Assembly: GCA_964588595.1 (NCBI GenBank)
Contig: CAZPPW010000001.1
Span: forward strand, 306-64,305
DNA from: an uncultured Marinilabiliaceae bacterium
Lineage (GTDB): Bacteria > Bacteroidota > Bacteroidia > Bacteroidales > Marinilabiliaceae
DNA length: 64,000 nucleotides
Reading direction: 5' to 3'
The position numbers and the translations under genes were made by a program. Within the stretch, counting starts at the first letter, position 1. The number at the start of each line of letters is the position of its first letter. The notes beneath the pieces are model-generated. The model was not told where the DNA came from and searched no databases. It worked only from the letters and a program-made list of their open reading frames with translations. Positions 9,326 to 18,587 of this stretch are shown piece by piece.

Positions 9326-9883
9326 ATGGCAAATAACCAACCAAGCATGATGGACTACGTCAAGTCCATTCTCACCACCAACTTCGCCAACTTCTCTGGC
9401 CGTGCACGCCGCCGCGAATACTGGCTCTTCTACCTCTTCAGCATCATCATCAATCTCGCCATCCAAGTCATCTCCTACTTCGCCAGCACTGTTTCCAATT
9501 CCTCTGGCATTAACATCCCCTCAATCATCGTCAACGTGATCTCCTTACTCTGGAGCCTCTACATCCTCATTCCCTCAATAGCACTTGTTGTCCGCCGCCT
9601 TCACGACATCAACCGCTCCGGATGGTGGTATCTCGTTTTCATTGCCGCCTCCATCTTCTTCGTCGTTGAGTACGTCATGTTCATGTTGGACGGCATGAGC
9701 GACAAATACCTCCCCGCTTTCATCATCGCCTGTGTTCTATTAGCCCTCTGCGCCATCGCCATGTTCGTAGCCCTCGTCCTCCCAGGCACCAAGGGTGAGA
9801 ACGAATACGGCCCCGACCCCAAGGCACAACCTCAAGCCGACAACCTAACCGAGCAGGAAGGCAAAGTAGACCTCAAGTTCTAA
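9326..9883 (+). CDS. DUF805-family inner membrane protein (longer paralogue)
   Basis: FSGRARRREYWLFYL and RRLHDINRSGWW motifs, with extra TM segments. Confidence 0.8.
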   Translation: MANNQPSMMDYVKSILTTNFANFSGRARRREYWLFYLFSIIINLAIQVISYFASTVSNSSGINIPSIIVNVISLLWSLYILIPSIALVVRRLHDINRSGWWYLVFIAASIFFVVEYVMFMLDGMSDKYLPAFIIACVLLALCAIAMFVALVLPGTKGENEYGPDPKAQPQADNLTEQEGKVDLKF

Positions 9884-9898
9884 TCCCACACATACACC

Positions 9899-9932
9899 AA
9901 TCCCCCGCTGAGTCCATACCCAGCGGGGGATT
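9899..9932. terminator. bidirectional hairpin between convergent genes
   Basis: 12-bp stem AATCCCCCGCTG / CAGCGGGGGATT. It lies between the stop at 9883 (+) and the stop at 9956 (-). Confidence 0.65.
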
Positions 9933-9955
9933 ATTTCGTCTCCCGACACCCACTC

Positions 9956-10297
9956 CTACAACAACCCCATCTCCAGGCGAGCCTCGTCCGTCAGATTCTC
10001 CTCCGACCACGCTGGGTCAAAGGTCAAGTTCACCTCCACACTCGCCACACCAGGTATCGTCTTCAACTTCTCCATGACCTCCTCCGGCAAGCTGTCCGCC
10101 ACAGGGCAGTTAGGCGCCGTCAATGTCATCAATATTCTCACCTCATTGTCCGTCGATACCTCAAGCTTGTATATCAGCCCAAGGTCATATATGTTCACCG
10201 GTATCTCGGGGTCATATATCGTCTTCAGCTGCTCTATCACGAGCTGCTCTATGCTCTTCCCCGTTTCCGCCGTTTCTTGCTTCTCTTCCATCGCCAT
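9956..10297 (-). CDS. DUF59 / SufT-like Fe-S cluster assembly protein
   Basis: 113 aa. ...IYDPEIPVNIYDLGLIY...LTAPNCPVAD... is typical of the MIP18/DUF59 family. Confidence 0.8.
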   Translation of the reverse strand: MAMEEKQETAETGKSIEQLVIEQLKTIYDPEIPVNIYDLGLIYKLEVSTDNEVRILMTLTAPNCPVADSLPEEVMEKLKTIPGVASVEVNLTFDPAWSEENLTDEARLEMGLL

Positions 10298-10300
10298 ACC

Positions 10301-10732
10301 CTATTCTTTCCTCTCCTTCGCCGCGTATGCCATCGCATACAGCCTTATTTGCTTTATCATCGCCAGCAACCCGTTCGACCGCGTGGGCGTCAAGTTATCC
10401 TTCAACCCTATCTTGTCTATGAAGTATAACTCTGCGTTCTCTATATCCTGAGCCTTCTGACCGTCCACCACTTTCAGCAGCAATGCCACTATCCCCTTCA
10501 CTATTATCGCGTCACTGTCCCCCCTGAATGTCAATGTCCCATCCTTCCCCTCCTCACAATATATCCACACCGTGCTCTGACATCCCTCTATGACGTACTC
10601 CTGCTTCCTGTGTTCCTCAGGATACGCCTCCATGTCGTTACCCAACTCTATCAGCAACGAATACTTATCCGTCCAGTCTTCGTAGGCCGAAAACTGGTCC
10701 ACTATCTCATCCTGTATCTCGTTTATCGTCAT
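10301..10732 (-). CDS. sufE: SufE-like cysteine desulfuration protein
   Basis: MTINEIQDEIVDQF...IEGCQSTVWIY (conserved Cys). The longer ORF to the ATG at 10810 adds an atypical 26-aa extension. Confidence 0.75.
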   Translation of the reverse strand: MTINEIQDEIVDQFSAYEDWTDKYSLLIELGNDMEAYPEEHRKQEYVIEGCQSTVWIYCEEGKDGTLTFRGDSDAIIVKGIVALLLKVVDGQKAQDIENAELYFIDKIGLKDNLTPTRSNGLLAMIKQIRLYAMAYAAKERKE

Positions 10733-10894
10733 TGTCTTATCCTTTCCGAGACCTACGGCATATTCCAGCCACGCCTCATTAAAGCCCACAAATTTACCCC
10801 CTTTACCCATTTTTACCCAATCACCACGCCCCTTATTTCAGTAAAAATGTCTAAATTGCGATTATACTTAATCTGAAAAGCACCATACACACCC

Positions 10895-11440
10895 ATGGCA
10901 ACACGCCAAAAGCTACTAATGGAAGAGATGGGACGACTCACAACCGACGAGTTCCACCAAGCCGACAAGACACCTCTCGTCATTGTCGCCGACGAGATAC
11001 GCAGCCTCAACAACATAGGCTCGCTCTTCCGCACTGCCGATGCCTTCCGCCTTCAAGCCATCATCCTATGCGGCGCATGTGGCACGCCCCCACACCCCGA
11101 GATACATAAGACTGCCCTCGGAGCCGAATACTCCGTAGCCTGGTCACAATGCCCCACAGCCCTCGATGCCGTCCGCTCCCTCAAAGCCGACGGATTCACC
11201 ACCCTCGCCCTCGAGCAAGCCCGCGGCTCCGTCAGTCTCGAGAAACTATCCATCACCCCTACCGCCAAATACGCCCTCGTCGTAGGCAACGAGATTCATG
11301 GCGTTTCACAAGATGTCGTCAACGAGGTCGACACCTGCGTCGAGATCCCCCAGTTCGGCACAAAGCACTCACTCAATGTGAGCGTCTCCACTGGCATGGC
11401 CGTATGGGAAATAGTTAAACAACTTATTATTAACCAATAA
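10895..11440 (+). CDS. TrmH/SpoU-family RNA 2'-O-methyltransferase
   Basis: 181 aa. ...NIGSLFRTADAF... and ...LVVGNEIHGVS...IPQFGTKHSLNVSV... SpoU motifs. Confidence 0.85.
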   Translation: MATRQKLLMEEMGRLTTDEFHQADKTPLVIVADEIRSLNNIGSLFRTADAFRLQAIILCGACGTPPHPEIHKTALGAEYSVAWSQCPTALDAVRSLKADGFTTLALEQARGSVSLEKLSITPTAKYALVVGNEIHGVSQDVVNEVDTCVEIPQFGTKHSLNVSVSTGMAVWEIVKQLIINQ

Positions 11441-11451
11441 TTCAGCACACA

Positions 11452-11919
11452 ATGAAAGCGTTACTCTTCCCCCTCCTCGCGTTCCTTGGCCTGGCAATCT
11501 CCACCTCCGCCAATGCGCAAGACAAGTTCTCCTACGAGGCCGACGGCTTCTACATTAAGGCCAACACCCGTGCCGACATACGCATCGGTGTCACTGGCGA
11601 GCAGAAGATTGCCCACGACGACAGCAAGTTCAAGGCCGAAGTGGAGTTCTTCCGCAAAGATGTCGCCACCGAAGGCTACTCCGCCATGCGCAAAGAGATC
11701 TGCGACCCCGACTTCATCATAAGCGACTCCGAGAAAGAGATGATGGTCGAGGATGCTGGCGAGGGTCGTGAACTCCTCCGCGCCCTTATGTGGAACGATA
11801 GCGATGTCATCATCTCCTTCTCTCTCCAAAACGACTCAACCCCAAAAGGCAAAGGCGTCTCTTTCGTACTACCCAACGACCAACGACGTGCCATGGTCCA
11901 AGCCCTGACCAACAGGTAA
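11452..11919 (+). CDS. hypothetical secreted protein
   Basis: Signal peptide MKALLFPLLAFLGLAISTSANAQ. No recognised family. Confidence 0.5.
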   Translation: MKALLFPLLAFLGLAISTSANAQDKFSYEADGFYIKANTRADIRIGVTGEQKIAHDDSKFKAEVEFFRKDVATEGYSAMRKEICDPDFIISDSEKEMMVEDAGEGRELLRALMWNDSDVIISFSLQNDSTPKGKGVSFVLPNDQRRAMVQALTNR

Positions 11920-12122
11920 CCTACCATACTGCGCATTTTTTATCCCACACAAGCCGCACGGCTTCCCTATAAGCCCTGCGGCTTGTTTGATAAATACCTA
12001 CCACATAATGATAAAATGCGCCTTGCCACCACACAACAAACTGATTATTATTGTACTCCGATAACACCATGTCGCACTTATACTTATGCGACAACCACTA
12101 ATACTATTTTAGCACAATAGTC

Positions 12123-13043
12123 ATGGAGACAATAAAATTCAAACCTATCTACAAACCTACCCTATGGGGTGGCGAGACATGGCTCATATCTGCCGTTAAA
12201 GGCTCTGAATCCATAGCCGACGGTGGCCAATTCAACGGCATGTCACTTCCCCAAATCCTCACAGACCAGAAAGAAGCTCTCCTCGGCAACGCCCCCTACC
12301 AGAAATTCAACACCACCTTCCCCCTCCTCATAAAGTTCATCGATGCCCACCAAGACCTCTCCATCCAGGTGCATCCTGACGACGCCATGGCAGCTCGTGT
12401 GCACGGCAAACTCGGCAAGAATGAGATGTGGTACGTCGTAGACGCCCTCAAAGGTGCATGCCTCATCGACGGCTTTGCCAAGCCCCTTGCCGAAAAGGAC
12501 TACGCCAAAGCCGTGGCAGACGGCTCCATCGAGAACTACCTCAACAAGGTACAAGTCAATGTGGGCGATGTGTTCTACATTCCCGCAGGCCGTGTGCATG
12601 GCATCGGTGGCGGCACCTACATCGCCGAGATTCAGCAATCCTCCGATGTCACATACCGCCTCTACGACTACAACCGTCGCAATGCCCAAGGCAACCTCCG
12701 TGAACTTCACACCGACCTCGCCCGCCAAGCCATACATTTTGGCGAGACGACACCCGACCCCTACTCCCACTACACAGAGACACCCGACCAACCCACCGAG
12801 ATTGTCCGCTCCCCATTCTTCACCACATCCCTACTCCGCCCCACCAAGCCCATGACGCTCGACTTCTCCTCCGTCGACTCCTTCAAGATACTCATGACAC
12901 TCGACGGCACTTGCTGCCTCTCCTCAACCGACGGCTCCGCTGTCATCCTCCATCCCCACGAGGCCGCCCTCGTTCCCGCCTCCACCCGCTCCCTCACTAT
13001 AACACCCGACGGTCAAGCCAAGCTCCTCGAGAGCCATCTATAA
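12123..13043 (+). CDS. manA: mannose-6-phosphate isomerase, type I (cupin)
   Basis: 306 aa. KPIYKPTLWGGE, LSIQVHPDD, NEMWYV and AGRVHGIG motifs. Confidence 0.85.
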   Translation: METIKFKPIYKPTLWGGETWLISAVKGSESIADGGQFNGMSLPQILTDQKEALLGNAPYQKFNTTFPLLIKFIDAHQDLSIQVHPDDAMAARVHGKLGKNEMWYVVDALKGACLIDGFAKPLAEKDYAKAVADGSIENYLNKVQVNVGDVFYIPAGRVHGIGGGTYIAEIQQSSDVTYRLYDYNRRNAQGNLRELHTDLARQAIHFGETTPDPYSHYTETPDQPTEIVRSPFFTTSLLRPTKPMTLDFSSVDSFKILMTLDGTCCLSSTDGSAVILHPHEAALVPASTRSLTITPDGQAKLLESHL

Positions 13044-13064
13044 CCTCATAATACCTTCCTAATC

Positions 13065-14342
13065 ATGAAGAGTCTCCTCCTATCCATCACGGCGCTCCTC
13101 TCCTTCTCTTCTCTCGCCCTCGCCCAAAGCGACTTCGTCAGCGTGAAAGACGGGCACTTCGAGCGCAATGGCAAACCCTACTACTACGTCGGCACTAACT
13201 TCTGGTATGGCGCGATTCTCGCCTCCGAAGGACAAGGGGGCGACCGTGCACGCCTCACCCGTGAACTCGACAATCTCAAAGCAGCAGGCATGGACAACCT
13301 CCGCATCCTCGTCGGCTCCGACGGTGAGCGAGGTGTCAAGACCAAAGTTGAGCCAACCCTCCAAATAGCCCCAGGCGTATACAACGACACCATTCTCGCC
13401 GGCCTCGACTACCTCCTTATGGAGATGGGCAAACGAGACATGGTCGCCGTACTCTACCTCAACAACTCCTGGGAATGGAGCGGAGGCTATTCCTTCTATC
13501 TCCAGCATGCAAGCGCAGGCATAGCTCCACGCCCCAACGAAGCCGGCTACCCCGCCTATATGGACTTCGTCTCACACTATGCTGCCAACGCCAAAGCCCA
13601 CGAGTTGTTCTACGACTACGTCCGCTTCATCATCAACCGCACAAACCGCTACACTGGCAAGAAATATACCGACGACCCAGCCATCATGAGCTGGCAGATA
13701 GGCAACGAGCCCCGCGCTTTCAGCCAAGAGGCCAAAGAGCCTTTTGCGCAATGGCTTGCCGAAGCCTCTGCTCTCATACGCACCCTCGACCCTAACCACC
13801 TCATAAGCATAGGCAGCGAAGGCTCATGGGGATGCGAAGGCGACATGTCACTCTACGAACGCATCTGTGCCGACAAGAACATAGACTACATGAATATCCA
13901 TCTATGGCCTTATAACTGGGGATGGGCTCGTGCACGTCACCTGCGCTCCGATCTGAAACGTGCCTGCGCCAACACCAAGGAGTATATCGATAGCCACCTC
14001 ATCGTATCTGCCAAGCTCCACAAACCCCTCGTCATGGAGGAGTTCGGGTTTCCGCGTGACGGGTTCTCATTCAGCAAGGAGGCACAAACCACAGTCCGCG
14101 ACGACTACTACGATTACGTGTTCAGCCTCATCAACGACGCACGCAAGAGTGGCGGATTCTTCGCTGGCTGCAACTTCTGGGGATGGGGTGGCGACGCTAC
14201 CCCCGAGCATGACGACTGGCAAGTGGGCGACCCCTACACTGGCGACCCTGCCCAAGAAGCCCAAGGTCTCAACTCCGTCTTCTCCTCCGACCTCTCCACC
14301 CTCAAAGTCATCAGCAAGTGGAATAAAAAGCTCTCTAAATAG
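13065..14342 (+). CDS. GH5 endo-beta-1,4-mannanase, secreted
   Basis: Signal peptide. Candidate catalytic acid/base in WQIGNEPR and nucleophile in VMEEFGF. Overall pattern matches GH5 mannanases. Confidence 0.8.
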   Translation: MKSLLLSITALLSFSSLALAQSDFVSVKDGHFERNGKPYYYVGTNFWYGAILASEGQGGDRARLTRELDNLKAAGMDNLRILVGSDGERGVKTKVEPTLQIAPGVYNDTILAGLDYLLMEMGKRDMVAVLYLNNSWEWSGGYSFYLQHASAGIAPRPNEAGYPAYMDFVSHYAANAKAHELFYDYVRFIINRTNRYTGKKYTDDPAIMSWQIGNEPRAFSQEAKEPFAQWLAEASALIRTLDPNHLISIGSEGSWGCEGDMSLYERICADKNIDYMNIHLWPYNWGWARARHLRSDLKRACANTKEYIDSHLIVSAKLHKPLVMEEFGFPRDGFSFSKEAQTTVRDDYYDYVFSLINDARKSGGFFAGCNFWGWGGDATPEHDDWQVGDPYTGDPAQEAQGLNSVFSSDLSTLKVISKWNKKLSK

Positions 14343-14360
14343 CAACTCATGCACCTTACA

Positions 14361-14392
14361 CGGCGTCACTCATACAGTCATGGGTGACGCCG
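14361..14392 (+). terminator. hairpin after the GH5 gene
   Basis: CGGCGTCAC...GTGACGCCG stem followed by TTTCCTTCTT. Confidence 0.55.
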
Positions 14393-14463
14393 TTTCCTTC
14401 TTAAATCACAACGTCAACACTTAACAGGCTACCATTCCCATCTCCCCCCCAAATAAAGCATAA

Positions 14464-14491
14464 ATCCGCCTCGGGTCACCCCGAGACGGAT
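14464..14491. terminator. bidirectional hairpin (rpsO / GH5 convergent spacer)
   Basis: 12-bp stem ATCCGCCTCGGG / CCCGAGACGGAT with one mismatch. T-rich runs follow on both strands. Confidence 0.6.
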
Positions 14492-14522
14492 TCTTTTCTT
14501 CGCAAGAGCGAAAGTTCCCTGC

Positions 14523-14792
14523 TTACTTGCGCAAGCCAAGCTTAGCTACAACCTCACGATAGCGGTTGATGTCGCGATCCTTGAGGTAGTTGAGCATACG
14601 GCGACGACGGCCGATAAGCTTCTTGAGCGAGTAGTTCGTAGCAGTATCTTTCTTGTTGAGCTTCATGTGCTCAGTGAGGTGGTTGATACGGAACGAGAAC
14701 AATGCTATCTGGCTTTCTGGTGAGCCAGTGTCAGTGTTAGACTTTCCGTACTGACCGAAGATCTCTTGCTTCTTCTCTTTGTCGAGGTACAT
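14523..14792 (-). CDS. rpsO: 30S ribosomal protein S15
   Basis: 89 aa. ...GSPESQIALFSFRINHLTEHMK...RMLNYL.... Confidence 0.97.
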   Translation of the reverse strand: MYLDKEKKQEIFGQYGKSNTDTGSPESQIALFSFRINHLTEHMKLNKKDTATNYSLKKLIGRRRRMLNYLKDRDINRYREVVAKLGLRK

Positions 14793-14817
14793 ATATTATT
14801 GAGTTAATTTGACGTTG

Positions 14818-14825
14818 CGAAGTTA
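14818..14825 (-). promoter_or_regulatory. imperfect -7 box TAACTTCG upstream of rpsO
   Basis: 7 of 8 match to TAnnTTTG, 26 nt upstream of the ATG. Confidence 0.3.
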
Positions 14826-14897
14826 AATCTTTATGCCGATTTACGCAAGCCACCGCACTGTTTTTCCGTCTTTTAGAACGAAAAAGCGTTTCTCCGA

Positions 14898-15635
14898 CTA
14901 CTCCTCGTCGGGTATGTCGTTCGCCATGGTGTGATAGACGTTCGTAACGTCCTCATCCTCCTCAAGGCGTGCCAGGAGTTTGACCACACCTGCCACCTCG
15001 TCATCAGCAAGGGTCTTAGTGTCGGTCGGTATGCGCACAAACTCCGCACTGACAATCTCGAAGCCGTTGTCCTCGAGGTATTTCTGCACCTGAGCGAAGC
15101 TCTCATACTCACCATAGATGTTTATCTGGTCTTCCTCCTCATCAAGGAACACCTCAGAAACGCCAAAGTCGATGAGCTCCAATTCCAGTTCCTCAAGGTT
15201 CACGCCCTCCTTATTCTTGACCTTGAAGAAGCTCTTATGTTCGAACATGAACGAGACGCTGCCCGATGTGCCGAGTGTGCCGCCCAACTTCGTGAAGTAG
15301 CTACGGATGTTAGCTACAGTACGGTTGGTATTGTCAGTAGCCGTTTCGATGAGAATAGCTATACCGTGTGGGCCATAGCCCTCGTATACCATCTCCTTGA
15401 TATCTGCCTGATCTTTGCTTGTGGCCTTCTTGATAGCACGCTCAATATTCTCCTTGGGCATGTTCTCGGCCTTTGCGTTCTGAATGATGGCACGCAGCTT
15501 AGAGTTCGAGTGGGGGTCAGGGCCACCAGCCTTGACGGCTATGATGATTTCCTTGCCAAGCTTAGTGAATGTCTTGGCCATGTTGCCCCAACGCTTCAGC
15601 TTGCGGGCCTTACGGTATTCAAACGCTCTTCCCAT
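14898..15635 (-). CDS. yebC: YebC/PmpR-family DNA-binding regulator
   Basis: 245 aa. MGRAFEYRKARKLKRWG...NMPKENIERAIKKA... signature. Confidence 0.93.
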   Translation of the reverse strand: MGRAFEYRKARKLKRWGNMAKTFTKLGKEIIIAVKAGGPDPHSNSKLRAIIQNAKAENMPKENIERAIKKATSKDQADIKEMVYEGYGPHGIAILIETATDNTNRTVANIRSYFTKLGGTLGTSGSVSFMFEHKSFFKVKNKEGVNLEELELELIDFGVSEVFLDEEEDQINIYGEYESFAQVQKYLEDNGFEIVSAEFVRIPTDTKTLADDEVAGVVKLLARLEEDEDVTNVYHTMANDIPDEE

Positions 15636-15682
15636 ATATCAATGGTTTCTTTTATACTGTGTATATATTTTATTGGTAGCTA

Positions 15683-16267
15683 TTAAATTATGTGCTGGTT
15701 TATGAGTTCTTGCTCCACTTCCTCGAGCTCGTGGTAGAACTCCTCGCCATATTTGGCTATAAGAGGCTCACGCAAGAACTTGTAGACTGGTGTCCCCACC
15801 TTCTCACCAAGCTCCATTGCCGCACGGCACACCTCCCACTCATGAAAATTAAGCATCTCATATTTGCGAGTCTTGCTCACTCTGATGGGATAAAGATAGC
15901 ATGATATAGGCTTACGCCACGTGGTCTTGCCCTCCCGGTAAGCCTTCTCAATGGCGCATGTCCACGTGCCATCAGCCTCATGGTTAGAGTAGACACACTC
16001 ACAACCACGTATGATTGGCGTCACAAGGTCACCGTCAGAATCGACGACATATAATCCTTGCTTCGCTATCTCGTCCTTTTCTTCATGCGAGAGGTACTTC
16101 TTGACAACAGGATAGACTTCTTCAAGTCGCTCACGCTCGTCATCCTCAAGAGGGGCACCACTGTCACCTTCGTAGCAACAGATGCCTTTGCACTTGCTAA
16201 TGTCGCAGATGAAACGCCGACGGAAGACTTCTGTGCTGATAACCTTGCCGTCAATCTCTATCATCAT
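15683..16267 (-). CDS. DUF3109-family protein (Cys-rich)
   Basis: 194 aa. ...FICDISKCKGICCYEGDSGAPL... is typical of DUF3109. Confidence 0.75.
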   Translation of the reverse strand: MMIEIDGKVISTEVFRRRFICDISKCKGICCYEGDSGAPLEDDERERLEEVYPVVKKYLSHEEKDEIAKQGLYVVDSDGDLVTPIIRGCECVYSNHEADGTWTCAIEKAYREGKTTWRKPISCYLYPIRVSKTRKYEMLNFHEWEVCRAAMELGEKVGTPVYKFLREPLIAKYGEEFYHELEEVEQELINQHII

Positions 16268-16296
16268 GGTGAGCCGGCTTCAGCGTGGACGTGTGA

Positions 16297-17088
16297 TTAC
16301 TTTGCAGCCTCTTTCTTAGCAGGCTCCTCGACATCGGTTCTGTCAAAGTCGTCCACAAGGATACGGCCACAATATTCGCAGATGATGATCTTCTTGCGCA
16401 TCTTTATGTCAAGCTGGCGCTGCGGTGGAATGTGGTTGAAACAGCCACCACATGCGTCACGGTCAACAGATACGACGGCGAGACCATTGTGGGCGTTGCC
16501 ACGAATCCTATGGAAGGCGTCGAGAGAGCGTTGGTCAATCTTCTTGCTGATCTCCTCAGCCTGAGCCTCAAGTGCCTCCTCCTTCTGGCGTGTCTCAGCC
16601 ACGATGGTGTCGAGCTCTGCCTTCTTGACATCAAGGTCACCCTGACGATCCTCTATACGCGCCTTAGCGTCCTCGAGGAGTTCCTGCTTATGGTGTATCT
16701 CGGCCGTATACTCACGTATGCGCTTCTCGTTGTACTGTTTGTCGAGGTCTTGGAACTCAATCTCCTTCGAGATGGCATCAAACTCACGGTTGTTGCGGAC
16801 GGAGTTCTGCTGTCCCTCGTACTTTTTAATCTGGCCCTCAGCCTCCTTAATCTTGTTCTTCAGGTCCACCACAAGAGAGTTCAGCTTGCGGATCTCGTCG
16901 TTGTAGTTGTTGACGCGCGTCTGCAGGCCAGCCAATTCATCCTCAAGATCCTCCACCTCGAGAGGAAGCTCACCTCTCTGGATACGGATCTTGTCAATCT
17001 CTGAGCTCACCTTCTGGAGGTCATAGAGTGCCTTGAGTTTCTGCTCTATGGGCAACTCTTTGACGTTCTTTACTTCGCTGCTTGCCAT
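16297..17088 (-). CDS. coiled-coil protein with C4 zinc ribbon (COG1579 type)
   Basis: Long heptad-rich body, then C-terminal ...DACGGCFNHIP...IIICEYCGRILV. Confidence 0.8.
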   Translation of the reverse strand: MASSEVKNVKELPIEQKLKALYDLQKVSSEIDKIRIQRGELPLEVEDLEDELAGLQTRVNNYNDEIRKLNSLVVDLKNKIKEAEGQIKKYEGQQNSVRNNREFDAISKEIEFQDLDKQYNEKRIREYTAEIHHKQELLEDAKARIEDRQGDLDVKKAELDTIVAETRQKEEALEAQAEEISKKIDQRSLDAFHRIRGNAHNGLAVVSVDRDACGGCFNHIPPQRQLDIKMRKKIIICEYCGRILVDDFDRTDVEEPAKKEAAK

Positions 17089-17095
17089 ATATGTG

Positions 17096-18190
17096 CTAAT
17101 AGTATTTTATCGGGTTTGCGTTTTGGTATATCTCGCAACGGGCAAAATTAGATAATTTTCTTGATAGTATGCCGTTGAATATCTGCTTAGTCAGACTTTC
17201 GCTCTCATAATGTCCAACATCTATCACCATGATTTTCTCAGCTGCATCCATCATCTGGTGATATTTCATGTCGGCCGTAATGTAGGCGTCAGCTCCAGCC
17301 GCTATGGCGTCCGAGACGAACTCGCTGCCGCTGCCTGTGCATATTGCCACACGCCTAATAGTTTCTCCGTCACCTGCATAACGCAATACCTTACATTCCA
17401 AGCTCTCTTTGAGCAACCTCAAGAAATGCTCCCTCGGCATGGGCGTTGAGTAATCTGCGTATACCCCGTAGCCCACCCTTTTGTTAGTATTCGCCAACGG
17501 GATGACGTCTATTGCCGGCTCTTCATACGGATGCGCTGCCACGACGCTTGCCACAACACGCCCGACCAAACGTTTAGGACATATCGCCTCAACACGTGAC
17601 TCGGCCTCGTGATGAACCTCACCTAACGCCCCCACGTAAGGATTTGCGCCATCCTCGGCCTTGAAACGTCCCATGCCATCGACTGTCCATACGCAGTGGC
17701 TATAATTGCCAATATGACCCGCTCCACCAGCTGCCAGGGCATCAACTATCGCCTCCGCATTTTCTATTGGTGCATACACCACAATCTTGCAAAGCGACTC
17801 ACCCTCTGGGGCGAGAACGTGAAAGCCATCGAGACCTATCATGCGACCCAGTGTAGCACTTGTGCCCTCAAGGCTCTTGTCGGCAGGTGTATGAAAAGCC
17901 GCCAAGGCAATACCCTCTCGCAAGGCACGCATCACTATACGCTGTTCGGCATTGCTGCCAGTCAGACGCTTCAGACCTTTGAACATCAACGGATGATGGC
18001 TCACTATCATGTCACAACCACGGGCGACCGCCTCATCGAGAGCACCCTCAGTGATGTCGACAGCAAGGAGGATGGCATGGGCCTCGGCCGCATCGTCGCC
18101 CACCAACAACCCACTATTATCCCATGAGTCTTGGGTGGAGAGAGGGAATACGGTGTCGAGTGCCTGGATGATGTCACGTACTGTGTTCAT
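17096..18190 (-). CDS. Nif3-like dinuclear metal centre protein (with inserted PII-like domain)
   Basis: The ORF-track start at 18211 is TTG. The ATG at 18190 gives MNTVRDIIQALD.... Motifs DNSGLLVG, HHPLMF and GHYESE. Confidence 0.85.
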   Translation of the reverse strand: MNTVRDIIQALDTVFPLSTQDSWDNSGLLVGDDAAEAHAILLAVDITEGALDEAVARGCDMIVSHHPLMFKGLKRLTGSNAEQRIVMRALREGIALAAFHTPADKSLEGTSATLGRMIGLDGFHVLAPEGESLCKIVVYAPIENAEAIVDALAAGGAGHIGNYSHCVWTVDGMGRFKAEDGANPYVGALGEVHHEAESRVEAICPKRLVGRVVASVVAAHPYEEPAIDVIPLANTNKRVGYGVYADYSTPMPREHFLRLLKESLECKVLRYAGDGETIRRVAICTGSGSEFVSDAIAAGADAYITADMKYHQMMDAAEKIMVIDVGHYESESLTKQIFNGILSRKLSNFARCEIYQNANPIKYY

Positions 18191-18194
18191 TGGC

Positions 18195-18584
18195 TTATAG
18201 ATAACGATCAATGCTGAGCAATTTCTCGCGTATAGCCTGAAGACGGGCTATGACCTCCGCCTTGGTTGCGAGAGTGGTGTCGGCAACATCAGTGTCCTCT
18301 GGGTTACACTTAGTGCGCTTTGACGAAGCAAGGCATTCACGAGCTCCAACTATCGTCATGCCGCGCTCACGTAAGAGGTACTTAATTGAGCGCAATGCGG
18401 CGATGTCTTTGTCAGTGAACAGGCGGTTGTCCTTCTTATTGCGGAATGGTTTGACGTACGAGGCAAACTCCTTATTCCAATAGCGTATGCAACTTTCAGA
18501 TTCGCCGAGCGCTGTGGCCACTTCGCTTATCGAGTAGTAAGTTTTGAGTCTGGCATGTCTCTCTTCGTCAGTAAGCAAGGGCAT
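18195..18584 (-). CDS. MerR-family helix-turn-helix regulator
   Basis: YYSISEVATALGESESCIRYWNKEF...RLFTDKDIAALRSIKYLL. Confidence 0.75.
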   Translation of the reverse strand: MPLLTDEERHARLKTYYSISEVATALGESESCIRYWNKEFASYVKPFRNKKDNRLFTDKDIAALRSIKYLLRERGMTIVGARECLASSKRTKCNPEDTDVADTTLATKAEVIARLQAIREKLLSIDRYL

Positions 18585-18587
18585 AGG

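Noticed and set aside
10733-10810. Longer SufE start at the ATG at 10810
   Set aside because: The extension MGKGGKFVGFNEAWLEYAVGLGKDKT is not part of SufE proteins as I know them, and MTINEIQDE... looks like a native N-terminus. The longer form cannot be excluded without alignment.
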